Assembly (NCBI GenBank): GCA_050331735.1
Contig: JBHJGN010000006.1
Location: forward strand, 41,856 to 105,855
Source of the DNA: Cyanophyceae cyanobacterium
Lineage (GTDB): Bacteria; Cyanobacteriota; Cyanobacteriia; Cyanobacteriales; JBHJGN01
Direction of reading: 5' to 3'
DNA length: 64,000 bases
Positions within the stretch are counted from its first letter, which is position 1. The number at the start of each line of letters is the position of its first letter. Position numbers and translations under genes: made by a program. The notes under the pieces are model-generated. The model saw nothing but the letters and a program-made list of their open reading frames with translations, was not told the DNA's origin and made no database searches. This document shows positions 39,208 through 48,652 of this stretch, one piece after another.

Positions 39208-40065
39208 CTACTGGCGGACGTAGAAGAAACTTTGACCCGCACGCTCAATTTCTAAAAATCCCTGCTGTCGCAGTTGTCGACGCAGTCCGTTGACTTTGGC
39301 AATTCCTAAAACGTTTGGATGCATCTCAACAAGAAGTTTACGGATGCCAGAGAGGTCGGCGAAACTTAACAGCTCGCCTTCGCTTCCTTGTACGTCCATA
39401 ATCAGGACTGTCGGTTGAATGCGCCGAATTTCCTCATTAAGTGGTTTGACGGGAACTTCGTAAGGAGTAGTGGCCTCTTGTGCTGCAATTTGATAAGCTG
39501 ACGAGCGGGCAAAATGCTCAGACACGTAAAAGGTACAGGTGCTAGTGGTGCGACCGAGCATGCACATTTTTAGGTGAGGATTGACCCCGTTAAGGGCGTA
39601 GTTCTCGCGGGTTAGACTTTCTATGGTAGGGTTAGCTTCGTAGGAATAAACGCGCTCCCCGCCGATTTTAAGGGCGCAGGCCGTTGCCAACATGCCAATG
39701 CCCCCTCCTAGTTCCATCACAATGTCGTCTGGTTCTAATCGATGGATCAGCAAGTGGCGCTCGTGACGAGTATGACGACCAGCCAGGAGCTTGCGAACTT
39801 GAAAGGATGACATTCTCTGATCGATGCGCATGCGAATGCCATCTATCGTCACGAGCGATCCGTATAGGTCTGGGGAGACGGTGGGTTCTTCTGGAAGGGG
39901 TCGCTGTTGGCGATAGGCAGACTGAAGAGTGCGATAGAGCGATGGCGTTGCGGATTCCCAAGCCGTCAGGAACTGACCCCAGCGTACTCCTTGCTGTCGT
40001 CGTAGATGGCGTACCAGCAAAGCGGTATCCCACCAGTAGGAACGTAACGTATGATAAATATTCAT
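39208..40065 (-). CDS. FkbM family methyltransferase
   Basis: VMELGGGIG, YSYEANP, LIMDVQGSE, LLVEMHP. Confidence 0.85.
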   Translation of the reverse strand: MNIYHTLRSYWWDTALLVRHLRRQQGVRWGQFLTAWESATPSLYRTLQSAYRQQRPLPEEPTVSPDLYGSLVTIDGIRMRIDQRMSSFQVRKLLAGRHTRHERHLLIHRLEPDDIVMELGGGIGMLATACALKIGGERVYSYEANPTIESLTRENYALNGVNPHLKMCMLGRTTSTCTFYVSEHFARSSAYQIAAQEATTPYEVPVKPLNEEIRRIQPTVLIMDVQGSEGELLSFADLSGIRKLLVEMHPNVLGIAKVNGLRRQLRQQGFLEIERAGQSFFYVRQ

Positions 40066-40133
40066 GGTGCGCTATTCTTTGAATGTCGACTGCATTATAG
40101 TGCTAACGTTTTTTCTACACAACGGCGCAGCGC

Positions 40134-40844
40134 TCATTTAATTGCCAAAAAGCCTTCAAAGCAGAGGTGTTTGAAAACCGTCATGATGTCTACAAAACCA
40201 GCCCGACGCATCAGATCAATGTTCCCCTGAGTAGAAAATGGTTCGAGCATGCCTTTCAAACTGCGGCTTTTGTTGACGATTTCCTGCTCAGAAAAACCCT
40301 GCTGTAATTTGAAATCAATATAGAGTGACGACATCATATCTTGAAAGCGAGCGTCAGGAGCCCGCACTTTTTCAAAGAGGAGAAAACCGCCTCCCCAGCT
40401 AAGGCTCTGGTAAATTTTGTCGAACACAAGCTGGCGAACAGCGGGTCGGATAAACTGAATTGTATAGTAAGAAACAATCAAGTCGGCCGGCTCTAACTCC
40501 GCGTCAACGATATTAGCCTCTCGAATCTCCACTCTTGGTAAATCAGCGGTTTTCCGCTTTGCTGCTTCTACCATAGCTGGTTCGATTTCCAGCCCAATAA
40601 ATGAGACATGGCGATCGCTGTTTGCTTCGGCTATCTGTCGGGTAAGTTCTCCTGTCGAGCAACCTAGTTCATAGACAGTCGATCCTGGACGAATAAAGAA
40701 ATCAGACAGCGCCACCACAATCTCATGTCCTTGCCGATACTGCGGTACTGAGCGACTGACGTGACTATCAAAGGTTTCTGCGACGCTGCCACCAAAGGAC
40801 CAGCGTGCGTTCGCTACAGATATTGTGTCTCCAACATCAGTCAT
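40134..40844 (-). CDS. CmoA-like (carboxy-SAM synthase-like) class I SAM protein
   Basis: WSFGGSVAETFDSHVSRSVPQY, VYELGCSTG, TIQF, DKIYQSL..GG..L.EK, DFK..QGFSEQEI..K align with E. coli CmoA as recalled. Confidence 0.8.
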   Translation of the reverse strand: MTDVGDTISVANARWSFGGSVAETFDSHVSRSVPQYRQGHEIVVALSDFFIRPGSTVYELGCSTGELTRQIAEANSDRHVSFIGLEIEPAMVEAAKRKTADLPRVEIREANIVDAELEPADLIVSYYTIQFIRPAVRQLVFDKIYQSLSWGGGFLLFEKVRAPDARFQDMMSSLYIDFKLQQGFSEQEIVNKSRSLKGMLEPFSTQGNIDLMRRAGFVDIMTVFKHLCFEGFLAIK

Positions 40845-41007
40845 GACAGACCCCCTCACAAATCAACAAGTGACAATATTGCTTTTTCCAGTCAGCGTTT
40901 TTCTGTACTAATCTGTAATTCTACATAAAAGATGTATTTTGGGCTGTTAATTTAGAAACCAACCAAAAAAAGGATGCGATCGCCAATGATGTTGCGACCG
41001 CGCTGCC

Positions 41008-41874
41008 CTAACTATCAAAGGTATATCCTTCCAGGAACGGAAACAAGCGTATTTTAGCTTCGACTGCTTCCCTTGAACTTTGATCCCAGCTTATTTTATG
41101 TCTGCTTTTGTGCGGTGACTCAAAAACAATTTTCGTACACGCATTCAAGTAGTCCACCGATGGCTCAACTCCCAACCAGTGACAGAGGTGACGCAGTTGC
41201 GCTTTGGGATCTTCAATAAAATCTTCTTGACGAAGCTCGAAGACATCCCCTGAATCTATCATTGCTTTCACCTTTATAACGGATGTACAAACCCTAAAAT
41301 AGCGGTCTATCGTAGCCTGAAGGTCTAATGTCTTATTCTTCGCTTGCTTCAGCGCCATCGTTGCAATGTTGTCAAATGGATTGCGGACAACATGAATAAA
41401 GCGCACCGGGACTTTAACCACTTCTCGAAGCTTTTGAAGTAACTCTGGGTTAGCAGCCAGGGCCGTCACCGTAAATTCACCATGTTTATCGCCAATCACG
41501 CGAATTTTTTCAAAAGCACCTTGATATTGTCCCGATACATCATAGGTATATCCGCCTCCCCGTTTCCAAGAATGACCTCTGACTTTAGTCATTTGAAACA
41601 GTAAGTAGTAGAGTGCCTCTCGCCCAAAACCAGATTGAACGTATTGAACGGCCCGTAGTTCGTGAGCCATGACAATATCGGGATGGGCATCTAGTAAAGC
41701 CGCGACTAAACTATGTCCGCTTCTGGAATAGCCGATGAAGGTGCAGTAGGTTTCTACCTCTGAAAATGAAGGAGCAAATTGTTTTCCTGTTCTCAGAGTT
41801 ACTAAATGAGCCAGACTAAACTGCACTGGCCAAGGAAGCTTTTTACGCTTTTTCAAAAGAAGTTTTAATAACAT
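41008..41874 (-). CDS. Sulfotransferase family protein
   Basis: 5'-PSB-like FIGYSRSGHSLVAALLDAHP, IGDK, 3'-PB-like IHVVRNPFD. Confidence 0.85.
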   Translation of the reverse strand: MLLKLLLKKRKKLPWPVQFSLAHLVTLRTGKQFAPSFSEVETYCTFIGYSRSGHSLVAALLDAHPDIVMAHELRAVQYVQSGFGREALYYLLFQMTKVRGHSWKRGGGYTYDVSGQYQGAFEKIRVIGDKHGEFTVTALAANPELLQKLREVVKVPVRFIHVVRNPFDNIATMALKQAKNKTLDLQATIDRYFRVCTSVIKVKAMIDSGDVFELRQEDFIEDPKAQLRHLCHWLGVEPSVDYLNACTKIVFESPHKSRHKISWDQSSREAVEAKIRLFPFLEGYTFDS

Positions 41875-41980
41875 TCACAGCCAACCGTAGTTTGACAAGA
41901 AACTATTTCTACTCTTTAGAAAGCTTAGCAACGAAACTGACACTGGTATACTAAGTTCGCGAGCCATTCGAGTCCAGTGA

Positions 41981-43504
41981 CTACTGATACGCCATCATCG
42001 TTGATGTTGTTTGGAGCAGATGCTGACCAAGGCGACGGGCGAGAGCCAAGATTGTGAAGGTGGGTGAGTACGACGGGCCAGTGGGAAACACCGCTGAACT
42101 GGCGACATAGAGATTATCAGTCCCAAACACTCGACAATTTGTATCGACGACCCCCTCCTCGGGGCAGCTAGCCATCCGGGTGGTTCCCATTTGATGAGCT
42201 GCGTCGGTCATTGTTTCTAAACTCGGCGGATCGTCCCCAAATTCAAAGGTTCCGAGTCCAACCTCCGCGAACCGCTGCGTCAAGAGCTGTAGCGTCTTCT
42301 CCATCGAACGACGATCCTGATCGGTGAAGCGCCAGTCAACCTCTAACTTTCGCTGGCCGAGCGCATCGCGTTCTGTGCCTAGTTTGACGCGGCTACTCTC
42401 CTGGGGAACTTGCTCAGTCACAAATTTGACTCGGTAGGCCGCGACCGAGCCATTGCCATCGCGGCAGGCGGGACGGCCCTGCAAGGTGCGCCAGAGGCGC
42501 TCTATTGGCTTCTCGTAGAGTGGCTTCAGGTACAAAACGTGTTCGAGCAGCTTGTGTTCTCGCTGGGTGGCATCATCGAGCGCAAAGCACACGCAGAAAC
42601 GGGGTTTGGGTGCGTATTGCAGCTCGTGGGCGTATTCTTGAGTGAGGTGGCCTGGCTGGAGACTACCAGTATGGTGTTTGGGATGATCGGTGTAGAAGCG
42701 ACCAACCAAGTCATGTCCATTGCCGATTCCGCCAGGAAGTTGGCGGTCGGAAGCTAACAAGAGCCGCGCGGCTTCAAAGGCTCCGGTTGCCAGAACAACA
42801 GTTTCGCCTTCAACGATGAGCTCTCGCCCCTCAAGCGAGCGGCAAGCAATCGCCGTCACCCGTTGGCGAGAAGCATCGAGCTGCAACTCAGTGGCGGTCG
42901 CGCCCAGCACGACATGCAGATTTTTGGAGCGGCGCATTTCTTCGCCAAAGCGGATTGCTGTCCGCGTCGGGGTTTCTTCCCAGTAGAAGCTACTCATTTT
43001 CAGGCCGCCTGGCGCGATTTTGGACCGAAAGGCCACAATTTCAGGACGGTTGGCCTCTGCCTCCAAATCACCAAAGCCGTAATCTTTGGCTGCGGAGCGG
43101 TAGTACTCTAAAAGATCGGTAAAGCGGATGGGCCAACTACTGTGGGGAACCCAAGGTCTGGCCTCGAAATCCGATGGTTGCAGATATTTCCATTTGCCTG
43201 TCCAAACGTTACTCGTTCCTCCAAACTGACGTACGCGACTGACCCCACGTAGCTCAGGCGGCAAATACCGATGGTAGTAAGAGTTTGGATTTAACTCGCG
43301 ATGGCGTTTGCCCAGGAAGTTTACATCATTCAAGGCCTGAATTGAGGGCTCGTATCGGTCGCGTCCGCTTTCTACGAGCACGACTTCTCGACCATGGCGC
43401 GCGAGGTATGTTGCTACCTCAGCTCCGGCAATTCCGGAGCCAAGTACAACTACCTGTCCCCGTAGTTTCGTCTGCTCGTCTATTTCAAGAATATCGGTTA
43501 GCAT
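41981..43504 (-). CDS. GMC family flavin oxidoreductase
   Basis: LGSGIAG, FGGTSNVW, LVGRFYTDHP, AHQMGTTRM, NLYVASSAVFPT. Confidence 0.9.
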   Translation of the reverse strand: MLTDILEIDEQTKLRGQVVVLGSGIAGAEVATYLARHGREVVLVESGRDRYEPSIQALNDVNFLGKRHRELNPNSYYHRYLPPELRGVSRVRQFGGTSNVWTGKWKYLQPSDFEARPWVPHSSWPIRFTDLLEYYRSAAKDYGFGDLEAEANRPEIVAFRSKIAPGGLKMSSFYWEETPTRTAIRFGEEMRRSKNLHVVLGATATELQLDASRQRVTAIACRSLEGRELIVEGETVVLATGAFEAARLLLASDRQLPGGIGNGHDLVGRFYTDHPKHHTGSLQPGHLTQEYAHELQYAPKPRFCVCFALDDATQREHKLLEHVLYLKPLYEKPIERLWRTLQGRPACRDGNGSVAAYRVKFVTEQVPQESSRVKLGTERDALGQRKLEVDWRFTDQDRRSMEKTLQLLTQRFAEVGLGTFEFGDDPPSLETMTDAAHQMGTTRMASCPEEGVVDTNCRVFGTDNLYVASSAVFPTGPSYSPTFTILALARRLGQHLLQTTSTMMAYQ

Positions 43505-43644
43505 TTATGACCTCCACTAAAAACACCTTGGGTTAACAAGCGACCGTGAGTCCGCCCTATGCATTGAACATTAGCGGTCGGTGCGATAATCCTTTCCTTT
43601 GTACAGCAAAGGATTAAAACTAGGATTGGTACTTAGCTTCATTG

Positions 43645-44553
43645 TTAAACCCCTCTCGAAAAATCTCGCCAAGATTGAGAAGGCACTCCTCTTACCAGTC
43701 TTCTTCCAGACGAAGTTATACAGGCGAACGTATGAAGCGGATCGACACTCATCGCCCAGGAAAAGCTTTTTATTGCTGCGGGGATCTGTCCGAGCTGGTA
43801 TAACTTCATTGCATGGTCGAAGATAAAATTGGCATACATTTTCGGATGCGCTTCAAAAAGCGGTCTATGTTTGTCCAGGAGGCGATTGAAGTTAGTTTGT
43901 CGCAGCGATAGGTTTGATGAAACTTGCTGACCGTGTTTAGTTAAGCGATAAGTCACGGTGGGCAACCCTAAGAGCGAACAGACTGGATTGAGTCTGAGGA
44001 ACAGCTCTGTATGAATGCGAGAAGTAAATGACTCGTCGAACCCCCCAATGCTGAGCAGTACCTCGCGTTCGACAACCATTGTTTGCTTGGTATGAAACGA
44101 TTGCCCCGGCTCGATCTTTTCAAGGCAGAAGTGAGACCCCCGCAGGAGAGTGGGCGGGATACGCTTTTGAATAATGCGCCCATTCTTGCCGACTACCTCC
44201 ATCCCAGACAGCACTGCCACAGGTTGTGGTAGGGTTGTGCTAGCTAGTGCTTCTAGGGAAACTTGCGCCATGTGGGGCAAAAGTTGGTCGTCATCATCTA
44301 AGTAGCTGATGTAACGTCCTCGTGCCGCTTTTGCCCCAACGTTACGCGCTACTGCCCCGCCACTGTTTTTATGTAACCGAATGAGCTTAAGCTGAGGATG
44401 GTCTCTCAGTTTTACGGAATCTGGCGAGCCATCGTCTACAACGATAACCTCTAAATCCTCCACTGTTTGTGCTAAAGCGCTTCTAACGGCACCGGGTAGC
44501 AAATGAGGACGGTTGTAGGTGGGGATGATGATGCTAATGAGAGGATTACTCAT
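43645..44553 (-). CDS. GT2 family glycosyltransferase
   Basis: SIIIPTYNRP, VVDDGS, ARNVG, YLDDDD. Confidence 0.93.
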   Translation of the reverse strand: MSNPLISIIIPTYNRPHLLPGAVRSALAQTVEDLEVIVVDDGSPDSVKLRDHPQLKLIRLHKNSGGAVARNVGAKAARGRYISYLDDDDQLLPHMAQVSLEALASTTLPQPVAVLSGMEVVGKNGRIIQKRIPPTLLRGSHFCLEKIEPGQSFHTKQTMVVEREVLLSIGGFDESFTSRIHTELFLRLNPVCSLLGLPTVTYRLTKHGQQVSSNLSLRQTNFNRLLDKHRPLFEAHPKMYANFIFDHAMKLYQLGQIPAAIKSFSWAMSVDPLHTFACITSSGRRLVRGVPSQSWRDFSRGV

Positions 44554-44731
44554 GATTTCTTAGTTTGGAACCGTAGAGAACGGGAATGGCGATCGCCTTT
44601 TGGTTAGATTATTAGGCTGAGTTGGTCATCTGCTGTAGTCCTCAAGAACGGGAGCTACGGTTGACAAGCTTTTCGTGCAAGGTTTCCCGAGTTAGTGCGT
44701 ACGCTTTATAGAGCTAAATCTTTAGGGCAGC

Positions 44732-45326
44732 TTAAGTCTTGGCTGGTTGTCGCAAACGAATTAGTGTCGCAATAAACCACCCCAAAGAAACAGGAAGAAC
44801 TGGATACCATATCGTTCTCCAATTAATAAAACCATTCAAATTAAACAAAGTACGAAGTCCTAAGTCGCTGTGCTAGAGAAAGCCCAGAATAGTAGCCAAT
44901 CAGCCTCCAAGCTTGAATTGTTTCAATGTTAGAGTTGGCACGAATTAATCTCGAAACAGCACGCATTAAGTATTTTCTACTCGCGTCCCTCAGATCAGTG
45001 TCGGTAGTATCAAAAGCCTGTTCGACAATACTATGGGACAGGCTGTCGTAGGGAATAAACAAAAGTTGTTCCGGTTTTACGAGATGAGACCCTCCTGTGG
45101 CGGTGTAAGCTCTCAGTTCTACAGCAGACACAGATGGCTTAGGGGGACGATATCGCGCTGAATATCCACTATAGAGAATCCAGGAAACGATTGGCCATGT
45201 TGACTCTCGCTTGCCTACAACCCCAACTCCCAATAGAAAAACCAGCAAAGAGATTTTTGTGAGTTGTAAAGCCTTAAGGGCGTTAGAGTTATTGGCGTAT
45301 CCTGGCGAGATGACTTTGTCTTCCAT
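44732..45326 (-). pseudogene. Truncated hypothetical protein fused out of frame to the 3' end of a membrane-protein gene (probable deletion scar)
   Basis: ORF 44841-45326 is protein-like to ...IETIQAW; from ~44900 another frame reads LATILGFL*HSDLGLRTLFNLNGFINWRTIWYPVLPVSLGWFIATLIRLRQPAKT* with no start. Confidence 0.5.
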
Positions 45327-45389
45327 AGCGGATTATGGATAACTTTAAAATCTTTGATAGCGGGTAAAAGGCGATTCAAATGTGAATAT

Positions 45390-46679
45390 TTACTTCTCCT
45401 GGCTAATTACTCTCCAGCTTCGCGGTTGATAGAACAGGCAACGGCTGGTATTTTTTCTGGAGTCTACTCGGAATCTAAAAGAGCGCACAATATCAAAAGA
45501 AAGCACTCCCTTCTTAACATAAATTTTCGCACTGTAAACCCCTTGAATTAGGCAGCAGTGAGGCATATACATCTGTAGCTCAAATTGTCCATAAGGCACA
45601 TTTAGGCTAGCGTTATCATTAACAGCAGTAAGATTAAGAATGCGATTTCCTTCTCCTGATAAGGACGTGACGAGAACACCAAGATTAACTGAAGTAATTT
45701 CTTTGTAAGCTCTGCATCTGACACACAAATAGGCTGGTTCTCCTGTTAAAGGAGACTCGATGATCTCTTCTTGTTCATCTCTAAAAAAGAGTGACAAGAT
45801 ATCGAGACCGAGACTTTGATGTTTCGGTTTTTCTGGCAAGGTCATCATCCCAGGAACCGCACCCGCTCCATCTAAGGAAAGATCCTTTTCATACTGATGA
45901 ATCACGGTTTCTGTTTCCCCCTCCATAACTAATTTGCCCTGTCGCAGATAGATAGAGTTTTCACAAACATTTAAAACCGTGTATGGGTTATGGGAAACTA
46001 AAATGAAAGCTGTGCCATTCTCTTTTAACTTAGCTAGCCGATGATGGCACTTCATTTTAAACTTCACGTCTCCAACAGCCAGCACTTCATCGATTAGCAG
46101 AATTTCCGGTTCAATATGAACAGCACAAGCAAATCCTAATCGTGCTGCCATTCCAGAACTATAGGTTTGCACCGGGGCATCAATCGCCTCCCAAATTTCC
46201 GCAAAATCGACTACTTCGTCAAATCGTTCTTTAATTTCCTGAGTAGACAATCCCAAAATTGACATATTTGCATAAATATTTTCTCTACCTGTCAAAATTG
46301 GGTTAAACCCGGCTCCTAGGGCAATTAGGGGCGCCAATCGTCCTCTGACTCTGACAGAACCAGTATCAGGTTTAATCAAGCCACTAATAATTCTTAGGAG
46401 CGTACTTTTCCCAGCACCGTTTGCCCCAACCAAGCCGAGCGACTCCCCGCGCCGCAGTTGAAAGCTAATCTTGTCTAACGCCCAAAACTCTCCGTTTCTG
46501 AGGGTATCGCTTTTTCTGCGTCCTCCACTGAGTTCGCTAGCAATGTCACAGATTCCGTAAAATAGTGAGCGCCGGAGGTCGCGGCAGAACTTTTTAGATA
46601 CCTGGTCAACCGCAATCGTAACTTCTGGCTTTGGCTCGACTATTGTCTGAGAGGTTCGGTCTATCATTTCGCGAGTCAT
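45390..46679 (-). CDS. wzt: Polysaccharide ABC transporter ATP-binding protein with C-terminal Wzt_C-like domain
   Basis: GANGAGKS, ALGAGFNP.LTGRENI, YSSGM.ARLGF, IDEVLAVGD; start MTREMI at 46679 (TAATG overlap with wzm). Confidence 0.9.
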   Translation of the reverse strand: MTREMIDRTSQTIVEPKPEVTIAVDQVSKKFCRDLRRSLFYGICDIASELSGGRRKSDTLRNGEFWALDKISFQLRRGESLGLVGANGAGKSTLLRIISGLIKPDTGSVRVRGRLAPLIALGAGFNPILTGRENIYANMSILGLSTQEIKERFDEVVDFAEIWEAIDAPVQTYSSGMAARLGFACAVHIEPEILLIDEVLAVGDVKFKMKCHHRLAKLKENGTAFILVSHNPYTVLNVCENSIYLRQGKLVMEGETETVIHQYEKDLSLDGAGAVPGMMTLPEKPKHQSLGLDILSLFFRDEQEEIIESPLTGEPAYLCVRCRAYKEITSVNLGVLVTSLSGEGNRILNLTAVNDNASLNVPYGQFELQMYMPHCCLIQGVYSAKIYVKKGVLSFDIVRSFRFRVDSRKNTSRCLFYQPRSWRVISQEK

Positions 46680-47551
46680 TAGGAACTTACCCTCTCTATT
46701 ACGTAGGGAATTGATAAACGGAAGGCCATCCATGTTAGCAGTAAACCAACAAACGTGAGAAGACTAACAACCCAAAAGCTAATGGGTTCTGAGATTGACT
46801 CCGCAATGGCTAATTCTCGCGTTGTCACCAGTAAAGGGGTAGCCGGATTGAGCTTCACCAGCAGACTAAACAGTCCTTCTTGAGGAACAGGATAGACAAC
46901 GGGAGTCAAGAATAGCCAGAATCCCGTCAGAATTGATAACCCTTTAGAAACGTCCTGATAAAGAACTCCTAGGGGAGACAGTAACGTACCAACTAGAGTT
47001 CCTAACATAACTAGATGGATGAGGGCGACAGGAGCTAAAATCACTGTCCAGCTAACCGAGATACGAAACCAAACAAAGATGCCAACAATCAGAATCAATT
47101 TAATGCCAAAGTTGAATAATACCTCACCGACTTTAGCAAGAATGATCGCCTCGCGGGGAAAATTAACTCTGGCCAACATGGGTTTGGCTTTTGTTATCGC
47201 TTCGACTGGACCGCTAATGGCTTCAACAAACGTTTGCCACAGGCTTGTACTAAACATAACGTAAGCCGGATAAGGAATATCGGTCTCGCCAATATTGATA
47301 ATTTGGGCTTGACCTGCCAAAGTGAATCCTATTGCCATTACAATCGGGGGGATAAATGCCCAAGCCACTCCTAAAAAAGACTGCCGGTACTGAGCACTAA
47401 TATCTCGCACCATCAATCGCCATGCGAGTTCCCGAGATGCCAGTAAATCTCGCCACATCTGATTAAATAGCTGGAGCGGATGCCTAAGCAGACTCTCAGG
47501 AGTATGAAGCACTTCGAAACTGCATCTCCTTCGCACTGGTTTTGAAGTCAT
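46679..47551 (-). CDS. wzm: Polysaccharide ABC transporter permease
   Basis: RDISAQYRQSFLGVAWAFI, FPRE, FLTPVVYP, LNP. Confidence 0.92.
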   Translation of the reverse strand: MTSKPVRRRCSFEVLHTPESLLRHPLQLFNQMWRDLLASRELAWRLMVRDISAQYRQSFLGVAWAFIPPIVMAIGFTLAGQAQIINIGETDIPYPAYVMFSTSLWQTFVEAISGPVEAITKAKPMLARVNFPREAIILAKVGEVLFNFGIKLILIVGIFVWFRISVSWTVILAPVALIHLVMLGTLVGTLLSPLGVLYQDVSKGLSILTGFWLFLTPVVYPVPQEGLFSLLVKLNPATPLLVTTRELAIAESISEPISFWVVSLLTFVGLLLTWMAFRLSIPYVIERVSS

Positions 47552-47563
47552 AAATACTCAAAA

Positions 47564-48622
47564 TTAACGACTTGTACGGTTTGAAGCTAAGTGGGATGGT
47601 AGCACTGCAGAGCCTTGCTGATGTGCTGGTATTTGGTGCTGGTTAGCATGGCGAGTAGTCAAATACCGATTGAGTAACTGCTCAGGTCTAACTAGTAGAT
47701 TTTCGATTAGACCGCTGCCAATACCAAAGGTTAAAGACCGAACGAATGGAATAATGATTGTTCCTCTCCTTCGCCATCCTTTCTCTAATTTTTTGTACTT
47801 GCTTTTAAAATAGCTGTCTTCAACCAAATCCCACTTCTTTTGCAGGTGCTTTAAGCTAGCACGAGTCCACTCGTCGCTCCAACGCAGCATATAAAAATGC
47901 AAATCTGTTAGCTTCAGAGGAGGGCCAGGTACATAAGTCGTAATCGAGGCTGGCTCGAAATAAACACTGCCTCCCGTCTCTCTAACACTCATGCAGAAAT
48001 CTAGGTGCTCTTTAGTATTGAAGATAGCTTCATCAAGATACCCAATGCGGTCAAAAATTTCGGTACGAACAAGCACACAGTGAAATTCTGCTAGCTCTGT
48101 CGGTTGGCGCTGAAGCTGGGGGCGAACATCTGTTACTCGTTGTCCCTGTTTATACATTTTCTCCCGCAGTCGCCTTCTGCCAGTTTTGTCAGTCCAAACA
48201 TGAGATTCACCTCCGGCAAAATGAACAATTTCGTGCACTGGCTCATTTTGACACATTAAAGGCCCGACGACTGCCGCTTCCGTTTCCTCAGCACACTCGA
48301 CGAGACGAGTGAGCCATCTAGACGAGACAATTACATCATTGTCGATAAAGACAACGTACTCGGTATCTACCTGAGCAAGACCCATATTGCGAGCGCGGTT
48401 AGGAGTAAGGTAGTAATCCGTCCGAATGAGTTGAAATTCTCGCTCCTGAGCTTGCTGTTGAAGGTAGCGCTGCACTCTCTTCGGTGAGTTTCCATCAACG
48501 TAAATTAACTTAAAAGGAATTTCTGTGTATTGGTAGATGCTTTCTAAAGATTTACGGGTACAACTAAAACGTTCCCGGGGTACAGCAACAATGGTGACTT
48601 GCGGCTCTGTCTGGTGTGTCAT
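47564..48622 (-). CDS. GT2 family glycosyltransferase
   Basis: VPRERFS, YVDGNS, ARNMG, FIDND, EHLDF. Confidence 0.88.
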   Translation of the reverse strand: MTHQTEPQVTIVAVPRERFSCTRKSLESIYQYTEIPFKLIYVDGNSPKRVQRYLQQQAQEREFQLIRTDYYLTPNRARNMGLAQVDTEYVVFIDNDVIVSSRWLTRLVECAEETEAAVVGPLMCQNEPVHEIVHFAGGESHVWTDKTGRRRLREKMYKQGQRVTDVRPQLQRQPTELAEFHCVLVRTEIFDRIGYLDEAIFNTKEHLDFCMSVRETGGSVYFEPASITTYVPGPPLKLTDLHFYMLRWSDEWTRASLKHLQKKWDLVEDSYFKSKYKKLEKGWRRRGTIIIPFVRSLTFGIGSGLIENLLVRPEQLLNRYLTTRHANQHQIPAHQQGSAVLPSHLASNRTSR

Positions 48623-48652
48623 GGCAACATCTCCTGAATAAGTTTAATGAAC

